Assembly (NCBI GenBank): GCA_965208835.1
Contig: OZ242358.1
Span: 1,408,001-1,472,000, forward strand
Origin: Candidatus Latescibacterota bacterium
Lineage (GTDB): Bacteria > Latescibacterota > UBA2968 > GCA-2709665
Direction of reading: 5' to 3'
DNA: 64,000 nt
A program made the translations under genes and the position numbers. Positions 48,257 through 57,595 of the stretch are shown one piece after another. The notes under the pieces are model-generated. The model was not told the origin of the DNA and did no database searches. It was given only the letters and a program-made list of their open reading frames with translations. Each line of letters opens with the position of its first letter. Position 1 is the stretch's first letter.

Positions 48257-49354
48257 TCAAGCTGACTGCTTACAGCTGATAGCCGACAGCTTGTTTTCCA
48301 GAAACGCGTACCCGATTTCGCGGTGCGCGCCGGCGAAGCCGTGGCCTTCTTCGTGCAGGACCTGGCGGAAGCTTTCCCTGGCGCCATATAGCGAAAAGAC
48401 GCGCGTGACGGATTCACCCATGCGTTCCAGAACCGGGCGCGTGAGACGGGTTTCCTCCAGGCTGTACTGAAAGTCGTTGAGCGCCGTGATGTGCATGATG
48501 GCGCGGGGCGCGGCCAGGGCCAGGTATTCGTGGAGTTCGATCGGGAAAGGTTTGCCGGTCTGACAGTACGGCCTCAGTAAGGGGCGCCCCACCCACCAGC
48601 CGGTGCGCGCACTGTTGAACGGGTTTTTGGAAAACCGGGCGGGCCAGTCGCCGCAACTTGCCACGCCGGCAGAGATGCGCGGTTCAAGCGCCATCGCATG
48701 AATGGTGATCCCGCCCCCCTGCGAATGGCCGATGGATCCGATGCGTCCATCGTCCGCCTCGGGAATGGTTTCGAGCAGATCGACCGCGCGGCTGAGGTCC
48801 CACAGGTCCTTGCCGCGGACGGACCATTCGGGGAATTTTTCATAGAAGGGCGCGGTGTCGAAGTCGCGCAGCCCCTCGTACTTCCGTTCGTTGGCGCTTA
48901 ACAGGTCGTACGCCAGCGTGACGAAGCCACGACGGACCAGATGAAGCGCGTACGCGCGGTCCCGGCCCTTCTCGGACGGATCGTTGCCGATAACCTGCTC
49001 TCTCCCGTACGGCGTGGTGGGGTGGATGCAGAGTACGGCCGGCGCTGTACCGTTGAGTCCCGCGGGGATGAGCGCGTCGGCGACAATCCGTTCATCCGGC
49101 GCCACGTTGTACGCGATGCTTCGCTTGACGTGGTCGCCGTGATCGGTCTCCGAGACGATCTCAGCGTCCAGCGGAGGGACTTCCGTGGGACCTCGACCCA
49201 GGGTCTGACGGAAGATGGCCCGAAGCGCCTCCGCCTTCGTTTCCCATTCTTCCACGGTGTCGATTCTACCGATATGCGACGCCCCGCCGCCCATCGTGAG
49301 GCCGTCTCCGCCTCTTCGGATTTCCAGCAGATCGTCGAATGAGATGTCGGTCAT
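48257..49354 (-). CDS. Alpha/beta hydrolase (dienelactone hydrolase/acetyl esterase-like)
   Basis: PAVLCIH, GFVTLAYD, IGHSQGG nucleophile elbow, EGHGF; start ATG 49354 after GGAG. Confidence 0.87.
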   Translation of the reverse strand: MTDISFDDLLEIRRGGDGLTMGGGASHIGRIDTVEEWETKAEALRAIFRQTLGRGPTEVPPLDAEIVSETDHGDHVKRSIAYNVAPDERIVADALIPAGLNGTAPAVLCIHPTTPYGREQVIGNDPSEKGRDRAYALHLVRRGFVTLAYDLLSANERKYEGLRDFDTAPFYEKFPEWSVRGKDLWDLSRAVDLLETIPEADDGRIGSIGHSQGGGITIHAMALEPRISAGVASCGDWPARFSKNPFNSARTGWWVGRPLLRPYCQTGKPFPIELHEYLALAAPRAIMHITALNDFQYSLEETRLTRPVLERMGESVTRVFSLYGARESFRQVLHEEGHGFAGAHREIGYAFLENKLSAISCKQSA

Positions 49355-49536
49355 GTTTGTCTCCGTTTGCGTGAGCATGCGCGATGGGGAATTATGCAAC
49401 ATGGTTGAACAGGATAGACAGGATGAAAGGTACCCGGCGGGTGTATGCCTGCGCATCGTTGCCTGCAATATAAACAATCGACTGTCAGGCAAAAAGCAGC
49501 TATCAGTCGTCAGCCAGAAGCGGGTAGACGTAAGCC

Positions 49537-49652
49537 GGTAGACGGTAGAGATTACCTGCCTTGTGAGATGTATTTTCATGCCGGAGGCAAGTAGGAATGA
49601 AATATCGGGCAAGGATCTCTTCTGCCTTCGTCCCTCTACCCTCTCACCGCCT
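49537..49652 (+). repeat. Dispersed hairpin repeat family F, copy 1
   Basis: TAGACGG.AGAGATT.CCTGCCTTGTGAG..TGCC..AGGCAAG.AGGAA..CGGGCAAGGAT shared with 61921-62036. Confidence 0.8.
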
Positions 49653-50074
49653 CTTGGCGACCTCTCTCCCCGGCCCTCTCTCCTAAAGGAATGAGTGAGA
49701 AAGGCTGGATGTAATCTTGACGGTCTGTTATATATACTATGATTGATTGGAGATTGCCATCCCGCCACGGTTGCAAGCCCCATACATCATCCCATCACCA
49801 TTCCCCCTTCCGTTAGGTACGGAGGTTAGGCGGTAGGTCCCGCGGTCGCGGGGGATCCAGATTCGGATCGCGTCCGCGCTGTCGTGGCGGAACCGACGCG
49901 CGAGGATGCACAACCGATGCCTCCATCTCAATGAAACCATGGGGGCGGGTACTGGCCTGGCGGCAAACGAAGCCACCACGGCAAGCTCAGGGAGCGGCTC
50001 ATGTGGCGGGTGTCGGTTTCTGTACCCGTATAGCGGTAGCCGGGCGAATGAGATGGTGAACGGAAGGAGGTAGG

Positions 50075-51634
50075 TTGGTGCTGCAGGTGAACGATCTACG
50101 CGTTTCCTACGGCGCTGTAACCGTGCTGGACGGTATTTCATTCAGCCTGCACGGCGGCGAGGCGGTTGCGGTGGTGGGCGCAAACGGAAGCGGCAAGACC
50201 ACGCTGATGAAATGCCTTGTCGGTGAAATCACGGATTACGCAGGCGGGGTCGCCCTGGACAGGTTCGTTACGTCAGTCTGCATGCCCCAGGAGAGCCCCG
50301 TGGACTTCGACGGTTCTGCGATGGAGCGCGCGCTTTCGTTCGACGCGGAGCTGGTGCGGGTATACAGGGGGATTCAGGCCGGACGCCACGAATTCTATCA
50401 GGACTACTACGAGTCGGGCGGATTCGTGCAGGAAGACAGAATTCGGGCCTATGCCGCGAATTTCGGCGTGGAACTCGAGCAGCGTTACAGGAGTATGTCA
50501 CGCGGGCAGCAGCGGAAAGTCGACATCGCCGGGGTGCTGGCCATGGACGCGGACCTGATGTTGTTCGACGAACCGCTGAACTATCTGGACATCAGGGGCA
50601 TTACGGCGTTCGAGGAGGCCATCGGTTTCGCAAAACGCCGTGGAAGGGCCGTATTGATCGTGAGTCACGACAGGGAGCTGATCGACAACGTCGCCGATCG
50701 GACAATTCACCTGGAACGGGGAAGCATGTTCTCGGTCCAGGGCGGCTATTCCACTGCGCTGGAACACAAGGAGCGGGACTTTCACGACCGGTTGGAACGA
50801 GCCAGGGCGCTCGGGAAGAAGATCTCCAGCCTCCAGGAGGCCATGCGCCGGCGCATGGCATGGGGGGAGAGCCGTGAGAACGAGACCAGGGATTCGTCGA
50901 GCCGTCGTCTGGCCGCGAAGGTGACGAAGGGCGGGAAGGTGATGGAACGTCGCCTGGAGCGACACAGAGCCGCATTGGAGGAGGAGAAGCCCTGGATCGA
51001 AAAGAAGATCAGGTTGAATTTCCCGCCCTACGAGGTGGACCGGCGGCTCGTGGCGAGGATGGAGTCGGTGGGCAAGCGGTTGGGCGGCAACCCGGTGCTC
51101 GAGGCGCTGGATCTTGTGGTGGAGACCAGAGACCGGATCGCACTGTTGGGGCCTAACGGGGCCGGAAAGACAACGCTTCTGAATGTGATGACGGGGAAGC
51201 TGCCGCCCGATTCCGGCGCAGTCTACTTCAATTCAAATGTGAGGGTCGGGTATCTGACGCAGGGTCTGGCCGGATTTTACGACCGGGAGATTTTCCTCGA
51301 CAATTTCGTTGATGACGACTACAGGGAAAGCGAGGTGCGTCAGTACCTCGGCGCGGCCAGACTGAAGGCCGAAAAGGTGGTCCGGCCGGTCCGAACGCTG
51401 AGTTACGGCGAGCGGATGCGCGGCGCCATCGTGAAGATGATCCTGAAACAGATGGAGTTTCTGGTGCTGGACGAGCCTACGACCCACCTGGACATCGAGT
51501 CCGTGGAGGTGCTGGAGGGTCTGCTGGAGTCGTTTCCCGGAGGCTTTGCGGTTGTCAGCCATGACCGGCGATTGATTACCCGCGTCGCGGATGAGATTTT
51601 TAGTTTAGAGGAAGGTCGCATGGAAAGGTTGTAG
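50075..51634 (+). CDS. ABC-F family ATPase (ribosome-associated, possibly antibiotic-resistance type)
   Basis: Two ABC domains (GANGSGKT/DEPLNYLD; GPNGAGKT/DEPTTHLD), helical linker, no TM segments. Confidence 0.9.
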   Translation: MVLQVNDLRVSYGAVTVLDGISFSLHGGEAVAVVGANGSGKTTLMKCLVGEITDYAGGVALDRFVTSVCMPQESPVDFDGSAMERALSFDAELVRVYRGIQAGRHEFYQDYYESGGFVQEDRIRAYAANFGVELEQRYRSMSRGQQRKVDIAGVLAMDADLMLFDEPLNYLDIRGITAFEEAIGFAKRRGRAVLIVSHDRELIDNVADRTIHLERGSMFSVQGGYSTALEHKERDFHDRLERARALGKKISSLQEAMRRRMAWGESRENETRDSSSRRLAAKVTKGGKVMERRLERHRAALEEEKPWIEKKIRLNFPPYEVDRRLVARMESVGKRLGGNPVLEALDLVVETRDRIALLGPNGAGKTTLLNVMTGKLPPDSGAVYFNSNVRVGYLTQGLAGFYDREIFLDNFVDDDYRESEVRQYLGAARLKAEKVVRPVRTLSYGERMRGAIVKMILKQMEFLVLDEPTTHLDIESVEVLEGLLESFPGGFAVVSHDRRLITRVADEIFSLEEGRMERL

Positions 51635-51652
51635 AGGTTGGTGTGCAGACAC

Positions 51653-52798
51653 CTATTGAGAACCGGTTTTCCAGAGATAGATCGGTCTGCCCGTTATGTC
51701 AATATAACCACATTTCCGATCTCCCATTACCGGCGCAACGCCGTTGTTGAACGGCCAGCAGGTGTTGAATTGGGGTTCGGCAATGTAGTCGCCCTTTCGA
51801 TTGATGTATCCCCATTTGCCGTCGTCCATGACGGCGGCGATGCCTCCGGAAAAGTGCTCGACCTGTTCGTAACGAGGCGGCACCGCAAACGCGCCGGATT
51901 TGTCGATAAAACCGAATCGTTCCCCGATTCGTGCGCCCGCGAGTCCTTCACTGAAGGGGTGGGCTTCGTCGAATTTGAGGGGAATGACGAACTTCCCGGT
52001 TTCGTCGATATATCCCTGCTTGTCGCCAATACCCACGCGTCCAAGACCCTCGACAAAACCCTGGGCCCTCTCGAATTGGGGCGGGATGATCATTTCCCCA
52101 CTTTTGTCGATGTAGCCGAACTTGCCGTCTTTTTTCGCGGCATACGGCGCAGTGAATTCAAAGGGCGTATGAGACACGGCGGGTTCTCCTTTTTGCGGCT
52201 GTTTTGACGTTGGGTCAGGAATGGCTGCAGACGATATGGCATCTTCGTCGGACGTGTACTGGAATTCGGTGAGGGTCTTTTCGAGTTGAATCCTAACCTT
52301 GCGTTTGGCTCTGAGTATGCGCATCGTCAGCGCCTTGTATGAAAGGCCGTGGATTTTTTGCAGATCCGCATAGGGAATCTCGTCCAGATAGCGGGATTTG
52401 AGCAGGTCGCGTTCCATTGCGGGAAGTCTGTCAATCGCGGAAATGGTTCTACCGATCGTCTCATCTCGAATCAGCCGTGCTTCAGCCGAATGTTCGATCG
52501 CGGGTTCTTCAAGGGTGAGGGGCCGTGTACCGGGCTGTCTGTGGCGCAGCCGGTTCTGGCATTCGTTGCGGGCGATTTGACGCAGCCACGCTTCGAAACG
52601 CTCGGGTCGTCTCAGTGAAGCCAGGTTCTGATACGCCTTGAGGAAGACGTCCTGAACGACTTCCCGGGCATCTTCGGGATTTCTCATCCAATAGAGCGAT
52701 TGGGAGTAAACAGACGCCTGGTGCTTCCGAATCAGCTGCTCGAGCGCTCGCGAATCACCCGTCAGAATCTGTTGGACCAGGTGCGCGTCATTGTTCAT
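51653..52798 (-). CDS. ECF sigma-70 factor fused to C-terminal WG (KWG) repeats
   Basis: DAREVVQDVFLKAY..FEAWL.QIARN (sigma2); LP..RY..Y..RAKRK (sigma4); repeats GKFGYIDKSG..IPPQFE.A..F.EG. Confidence 0.9.
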   Translation of the reverse strand: MNNDAHLVQQILTGDSRALEQLIRKHQASVYSQSLYWMRNPEDAREVVQDVFLKAYQNLASLRRPERFEAWLRQIARNECQNRLRHRQPGTRPLTLEEPAIEHSAEARLIRDETIGRTISAIDRLPAMERDLLKSRYLDEIPYADLQKIHGLSYKALTMRILRAKRKVRIQLEKTLTEFQYTSDEDAISSAAIPDPTSKQPQKGEPAVSHTPFEFTAPYAAKKDGKFGYIDKSGEMIIPPQFERAQGFVEGLGRVGIGDKQGYIDETGKFVIPLKFDEAHPFSEGLAGARIGERFGFIDKSGAFAVPPRYEQVEHFSGGIAAVMDDGKWGYINRKGDYIAEPQFNTCWPFNNGVAPVMGDRKCGYIDITGRPIYLWKTGSQ

Positions 52799-52965
52799 GA
52801 TGAGTCCTCTTTATAGATTAAGACACTCGAACGGGTTGTTTTCCTCGCTCATTTTGCTGGAAATATAACGAAATACCCGATAAGAGTTCATACCAGGCCA
52901 GCGCATCCCCGATCGATTCAGACGAAACCATCCAAAGGGCGATTGGCTAACCATTGCGGATTTGA

Positions 52966-53982
52966 ATGAAAGTCATCTATTCACCGAACCACAGCCGCCA
53001 CGCGCCGCGCTATCAGTTCATCGGTGGCGGGCTGAGACCGAATCCGGAAGTCCCGGCGCGGGCGGAGGCGATTCTTGGCGCGATTCGAGGCACACACGAC
53101 GTGCTGCCGCCGAGAGCATTCTCGATGGACGCCATCCGGGCCGTGCACGACCCGGGATATCTGCGCTTCCTGGAGTGCGTCCACGCTGCGTGGGTGGATC
53201 GGGGCGGAGGCGGCGAAACCGGGCTGATCCCAGACACGTTCGCGACGCGCGCATCAACCCGCGTGCCCCGCGATCCGGTGCATCAGACAGGTCACTACGG
53301 CTTCGAGACGCAGACACCGATACTCGAGCACACCTTCGTGGCGGCGCGCGAGGCCACGTACTGCGCGCTGACCGGCGCGGCGATGCTGCTGGAGGGAGAA
53401 CCGTCGGTTTACGCGCTCTGCCGGCCGCCCGGGCATCACGCGGCGGGCGACCTGTACGGCGGCTACTGTTACCTGAACCATGCGGCGGCCGCGGCAAAAT
53501 ACCTCAGTGCTGCCGGTCGCGTGGCCGTGCTGGACGTGGACTATCACCACGGGAACGGGACGCAGTCGATCTTCTACGGGTCGGATGCGGTTCTTTTCGT
53601 TTCCATCCACGCGGACCCGGATTCTGAGTATCCGTATTTCAGCGGATACGCGGATGAGTCCGGTAAGGGCACAGGGCACGGGCTGAACGTGAATCTGCCG
53701 CTTGCCATCGGCACGGGCGAAACCCGGTACCTGGAGACACTGGAACGGGTGCTGATCGAGGTGGACCGGTTCGCCCCCGCGTTTCTGGTGGTTTCTCTGG
53801 GCGTGGACATCTGCCGGGAAGACCCGCTTGGCAAGTTCGATCTGCAGGTCTCTACATTCGAGACAATCGGACGTCGAATCGCGCGGGCGGACCTTCCGAC
53901 GCTTCTGGTGCAGGAGGGCGGGTACGACCTGGACAGTATTGGCGCGTGTGTGCAGAATGTGCTTGATGCATTTGGGCGTTAG
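52966..53982 (+). CDS. Histone-deacetylase family, acetylpolyamine amidohydrolase-like
   Basis: RPPGHHA, GGYCYLN, DVDYHHGNGTQ, QEGGY. Confidence 0.92.
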   Translation: MKVIYSPNHSRHAPRYQFIGGGLRPNPEVPARAEAILGAIRGTHDVLPPRAFSMDAIRAVHDPGYLRFLECVHAAWVDRGGGGETGLIPDTFATRASTRVPRDPVHQTGHYGFETQTPILEHTFVAAREATYCALTGAAMLLEGEPSVYALCRPPGHHAAGDLYGGYCYLNHAAAAAKYLSAAGRVAVLDVDYHHGNGTQSIFYGSDAVLFVSIHADPDSEYPYFSGYADESGKGTGHGLNVNLPLAIGTGETRYLETLERVLIEVDRFAPAFLVVSLGVDICREDPLGKFDLQVSTFETIGRRIARADLPTLLVQEGGYDLDSIGACVQNVLDAFGR

Positions 53983-54058
53983 GCGTTTATTGTCCGTCCG
54001 GACATTCAGGTGTCGTCGGGTTGTTGACGTCCGCGTTGGCTGGTGAAAGGAATGAGAC

Positions 54059-54805
54059 ATGATTCTCGCTGAAATGACGTCCCCGGAGATCGACGCCCTG
54101 CCGCGGGATATCGTGGTACTGATGCCCGTGGCCTCGTGCGAACAGCACAGCCTGCATCTGCCCGTGTTTACCGACAGTCTGATCGGCGGCGAGGTCGCCA
54201 GGCGGGTGCACAAACGCTGCCCGGATGACGTCCTCGTGCTGCCGGTGCAGTGGCTGGGATACTCCCAGCATCACATTCGCTATCCCGGCACGGTGAGCGC
54301 CGTTTCCGAGACGCACCTTCTACTGATGATGGATATCGTGGCATCGATGGTGGGGCACGGCTTCCGGAAGATTCTGATACAGAACAGCCACGGCGGCAAC
54401 GGCGCGAATGTCTCCGTGCTGCTGCAGCGGTTGATGGAACGGTATCCGGACGACGACGTGGAGTTCTACTCACGCTGGGCGTGGGCATCCGGCGACGCGC
54501 TGGACAGGATACGCCGCCTGGGCTCCGGAGGGTCCGGGCACGCCGGCGAAACGGAGACGTCGATGATCCTGGCGATCCGTCCTGAACTCGTACGCACGGA
54601 CAGCCTGGACGCCGATGGCGAACGCGACGGGATGCGGGTGCCGGGCGTGGCTTCCTACTACCGGTTCGATCAGCGTACGCGGCACGGCGGCGTTGGCGAT
54701 CCCACGGTCGCGAGCGCCGAGAACGGCGAGCGTCTGCTGGACGCTTCCGCTGATGAGGTGGCCGGACACGTTAGACAGATTCGCGCCCTGAAGCCATTCG
54801 GTTAA
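54059..54805 (+). CDS. Creatininase-family amidohydrolase
   Basis: EQHSLHLP..TD, NSHGGN, HAGETETS, GVGDP. Confidence 0.92.
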   Translation: MILAEMTSPEIDALPRDIVVLMPVASCEQHSLHLPVFTDSLIGGEVARRVHKRCPDDVLVLPVQWLGYSQHHIRYPGTVSAVSETHLLLMMDIVASMVGHGFRKILIQNSHGGNGANVSVLLQRLMERYPDDDVEFYSRWAWASGDALDRIRRLGSGGSGHAGETETSMILAIRPELVRTDSLDADGERDGMRVPGVASYYRFDQRTRHGGVGDPTVASAENGERLLDASADEVAGHVRQIRALKPFG

Positions 54806-54944
54806 CAGTCCGTTGAATCGGCGTCGAGTTCCGTCACGGAGGATGCTGCCGCTGGCTTTTTGTTGATGGTAGGGCGCTCGCGCCAATGACCGATGCACAC
54901 GATCATCCGACATCATACGACGCAGGAACACCGGAGGAGACGGG

Positions 54945-55736
54945 ATGCGCAGAAACAGACTGAGTGAGTTATTGAAGGCGGACAAACCCAGCCTGGGGAC
55001 CCACGTACACAGTCCCTGGCCGACGGTAATGGAGCTGGTGGGGCTTACCGGAATGTACGACTACGTGGAATACGTGTCGGAATACGCGCCGTACGACCTG
55101 CATACGTTTGAGAACCTTGCCAGGGCGATCGAGCTCTACGATATGTCGTCCATGATCAAGGTGGAGCAGGAACCCAGATCGCACCTGGCGTCGCGGGCGA
55201 TCGGCGCGGGCATCCAGAATGTGCTGTTCGCCGACGTGCGGAACGTCTCCGACGCCCGCGAGTGCGTGAACGCGGTGCGCGCCGAGACACCGAAGACAGG
55301 CGGCCAGCACGGGGCGAGCATGCGCCGGAACATGGGGTTCGGGATGGCCGGCGGCCTGCCGGAGTTCGTCGAAGCCATGGAAGATGTCGTCATTGCCGTC
55401 ATGATCGAAAAAGCGCCGGCGGTGGAGAATCTGGAGGCGATCCTGGCCGTGGGCGGCCTGGACATGGTACAGTTCGGCCCCGGAGACTTCTCTATGAGTA
55501 TCGGCCATCCGGGCGAATACGGAAACGAGAAAGTAAAAGAGGCGGAGAAATTCGTCGTCGAAACGTCGTTGAAAATGGGCGTCGCGCCGCGGGCAGAGAT
55601 CAGTACGCCGGACCAGGCGAAGCGCTATCTGGATATGGGCGTGAAACACTTCTGCATCGGTACGGATGTCAGCATTCTGATGGACTGGTTCCGGACCCGG
55701 GGCGAGGAAATGCGGCGTGTGCTGGAAGGCGCATGA
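54945..55736 (+). CDS. HpcH/HpaI-family aldolase
   Basis: VMIEK..AVENLEAIL, QFGPGDFSMSIG, IGTD. Confidence 0.88.
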   Translation: MRRNRLSELLKADKPSLGTHVHSPWPTVMELVGLTGMYDYVEYVSEYAPYDLHTFENLARAIELYDMSSMIKVEQEPRSHLASRAIGAGIQNVLFADVRNVSDARECVNAVRAETPKTGGQHGASMRRNMGFGMAGGLPEFVEAMEDVVIAVMIEKAPAVENLEAILAVGGLDMVQFGPGDFSMSIGHPGEYGNEKVKEAEKFVVETSLKMGVAPRAEISTPDQAKRYLDMGVKHFCIGTDVSILMDWFRTRGEEMRRVLEGA

Positions 55737-55830
55737 AGTTGCCGACGGATCCCGGGCGACAACATCAGGCAGTACGGGTTCAACAGGTCTGCAGCGGGTG
55801 TGACGCGGGCCGGAGGGAGGCGAATTTTTC

Positions 55831-56886
55831 ATGGTGACGGAATCAACCGATAACGGCAGGTCGGATCCCCACGGTCTCTGGGATACGGGCGATCCCCGCA
55901 TGCACGTGGGTACGCAGCGGTTCGACACAACGGACGAGCACCTGGGGTTTCTCGCGCGCCACGGCGTGAACAGTATGGCCGCCAACGATATCACCTTCCA
56001 CCGGGACCGGGGCTGGGATGCCGAGGAACTCGCGGCGAAACGCGAGAAGTGCGCGGGTTACGGCGTGGACCTGGAAATGGTGGCGCTGCCGCTCCATCAG
56101 TTCAACGAAGACGGCGGGTCGGTGCCCAACTATATGCTCGGGAATTGGAAAAAGGGAGAGAAGGAGATCGAACGGGTTTGCAGGATGGTGCGGGCCACGG
56201 GCGAGGCCGGCATTCCTGCCATCAAGTATTTCCTGTGCGAGATGGAGAACCAGCGAACGGAGAGTGTGCCGCCGGGCCGCGGCGGCGTCCGGTATTCCAC
56301 CTGGGACCTCTCGAAGGCCGACGCCGAAACACCGCGATACGACGAGCCCGTCACCGCCGAAGAGAACTGGGAACGGGTGACCTTCTTCCTGGAGCGGGTG
56401 ATTCCCGTCGCGGAGGAATGCAAGGTCCGCATGGCGTGCCACCCCTGCGACCCGTGGCTGCCGCCGGGGTACAAGGGCGTGGACCGCGTCCTGGGCGGGG
56501 CGGAGGGGTTCAAGCGGTTTATCGAAATCTGTCCCAGTCCCTATCACGGCCTGAATCTCTGCCTGGGCTGCATGGCCGAGAGCGTGGAGGATCCCGCCAC
56601 GGAGGTGCCGGATATCATCCGCTATTTCGGGGAACGGAAGAAGATCCACCTGATCCACTATAGGAATATCTTCGGCGGCCGCAACAAGTTCCAGGAAGTC
56701 TGGCCCGACGAAGGCGACATGAATATGTACACGCTGATGCAGGCGCTGAAAGACGTCGGATATCCGCACATGGTGGTGCCGGACCACGCCCCCGGCCACA
56801 GCGCGCCGGGAAGCTTCGAGCAGGCGTTTGCCTTCCAGTTCGGTTATATCAAGGCGATGATGCAGGCGGTGCTTTCCACCGCGTGA
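55831..56886 (+). CDS. Mannonate dehydratase (UxuA)-family protein
   Basis: FFLERVIPVAEE, CHPCDP, GLNLCLG, IHYRNI, EVWPDEGD, PDHAP, GYIKA. Confidence 0.88.
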   Translation: MVTESTDNGRSDPHGLWDTGDPRMHVGTQRFDTTDEHLGFLARHGVNSMAANDITFHRDRGWDAEELAAKREKCAGYGVDLEMVALPLHQFNEDGGSVPNYMLGNWKKGEKEIERVCRMVRATGEAGIPAIKYFLCEMENQRTESVPPGRGGVRYSTWDLSKADAETPRYDEPVTAEENWERVTFFLERVIPVAEECKVRMACHPCDPWLPPGYKGVDRVLGGAEGFKRFIEICPSPYHGLNLCLGCMAESVEDPATEVPDIIRYFGERKKIHLIHYRNIFGGRNKFQEVWPDEGDMNMYTLMQALKDVGYPHMVVPDHAPGHSAPGSFEQAFAFQFGYIKAMMQAVLSTA

Positions 56887-56990
56887 ACGCTAACGTATTG
56901 TATCGGCGAATCCAGCCGCGAACTCCGAAACTCCCTTCCAAAACGAACGTCGGGAAGACGGTCGTCGTTCCCCGAAAACCGGGCGGCTAA

Positions 56991-57136
56991 CAGTCCGTTG
57001 ATAAAGTCGCTCTGCAGGCGAGGTCGAAGACAAGGCGCGCAACCGAGTCCCATCCTGCGATTCGGCGAGGGCGCGCAACGCAGTATTTCGACCGCAAGGG
57101 CCGGCCGTAGCCCGGATGGGCTTTTTCAACGGGCTT
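56991..57136. mobile_element. MITE family B, copy 2 (146 bp)
   Basis: Inverted relative to 27860-27988; perfect CTAA/CTAA target-site duplication. Confidence 0.88.
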
Positions 57137-57146
57137 CTAAGGAGTC

Positions 57147-57491
57147 GTGATGAAGTTTGATACGAGCCTGTTCGATCGTGCACTCAAGAAACGAAAAGAG
57201 AAGCGAAGCCGCGAGAGAAAGGATTGCCTGGATACGGTAACGGCGTCCCTCATCCGTGTCCGGAGTCAATACGACATCCGCGAGGCGTACATAACGGGTT
57301 CGCTTATTGTTGAGCATCGATGGACTGAGACGTCCGACGTCGATGTGGCTGTTGGTGGATGTTCCGGATCAGTCCTCGACGTCATGAAAGCGCTGGAAGA
57401 TACCACCGGAAAGGTTGTGGATGTCATCGATCTGGACACGCATCCACATCCGGACACGGTCAGGGACAGGGGATTGACTGTATATAATTGA
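57147..57491 (+). CDS. Minimal nucleotidyltransferase (MNT) antitoxin-like protein
   Basis: YITGSL..SDVDVAV..VDVIDL; 114 aa. Confidence 0.85.
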   Translation: MMKFDTSLFDRALKKRKEKRSRERKDCLDTVTASLIRVRSQYDIREAYITGSLIVEHRWTETSDVDVAVGGCSGSVLDVMKALEDTTGKVVDVIDLDTHPHPDTVRDRGLTVYN

Positions 57492-57533
57492 AGCCGGGAT
57501 GTGGCGGAATTCCTGGGCCGGATAACGCCATAG
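57492..57533 (+). pseudogene. Possible 3' remnant of a deleted HEPN toxin gene
   Basis: SRDVAEFLGRITP* directly after the MNT stop; amphipathic helix like HEPN C-termini; no start codon. Confidence 0.3.
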
Positions 57534-57595
57534 CCGGCGGCGTTCAGCGACACGTGCGCACTGGCGGCAGTCAAGAGTAATCGGGGAAAGGTTAC

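Noticed and set aside
49355-49783. 143-aa N-terminal extension of the alpha/beta hydrolase
   Set aside because: Translates repeat F and heptamer runs; SD-supported ATG at 49354.
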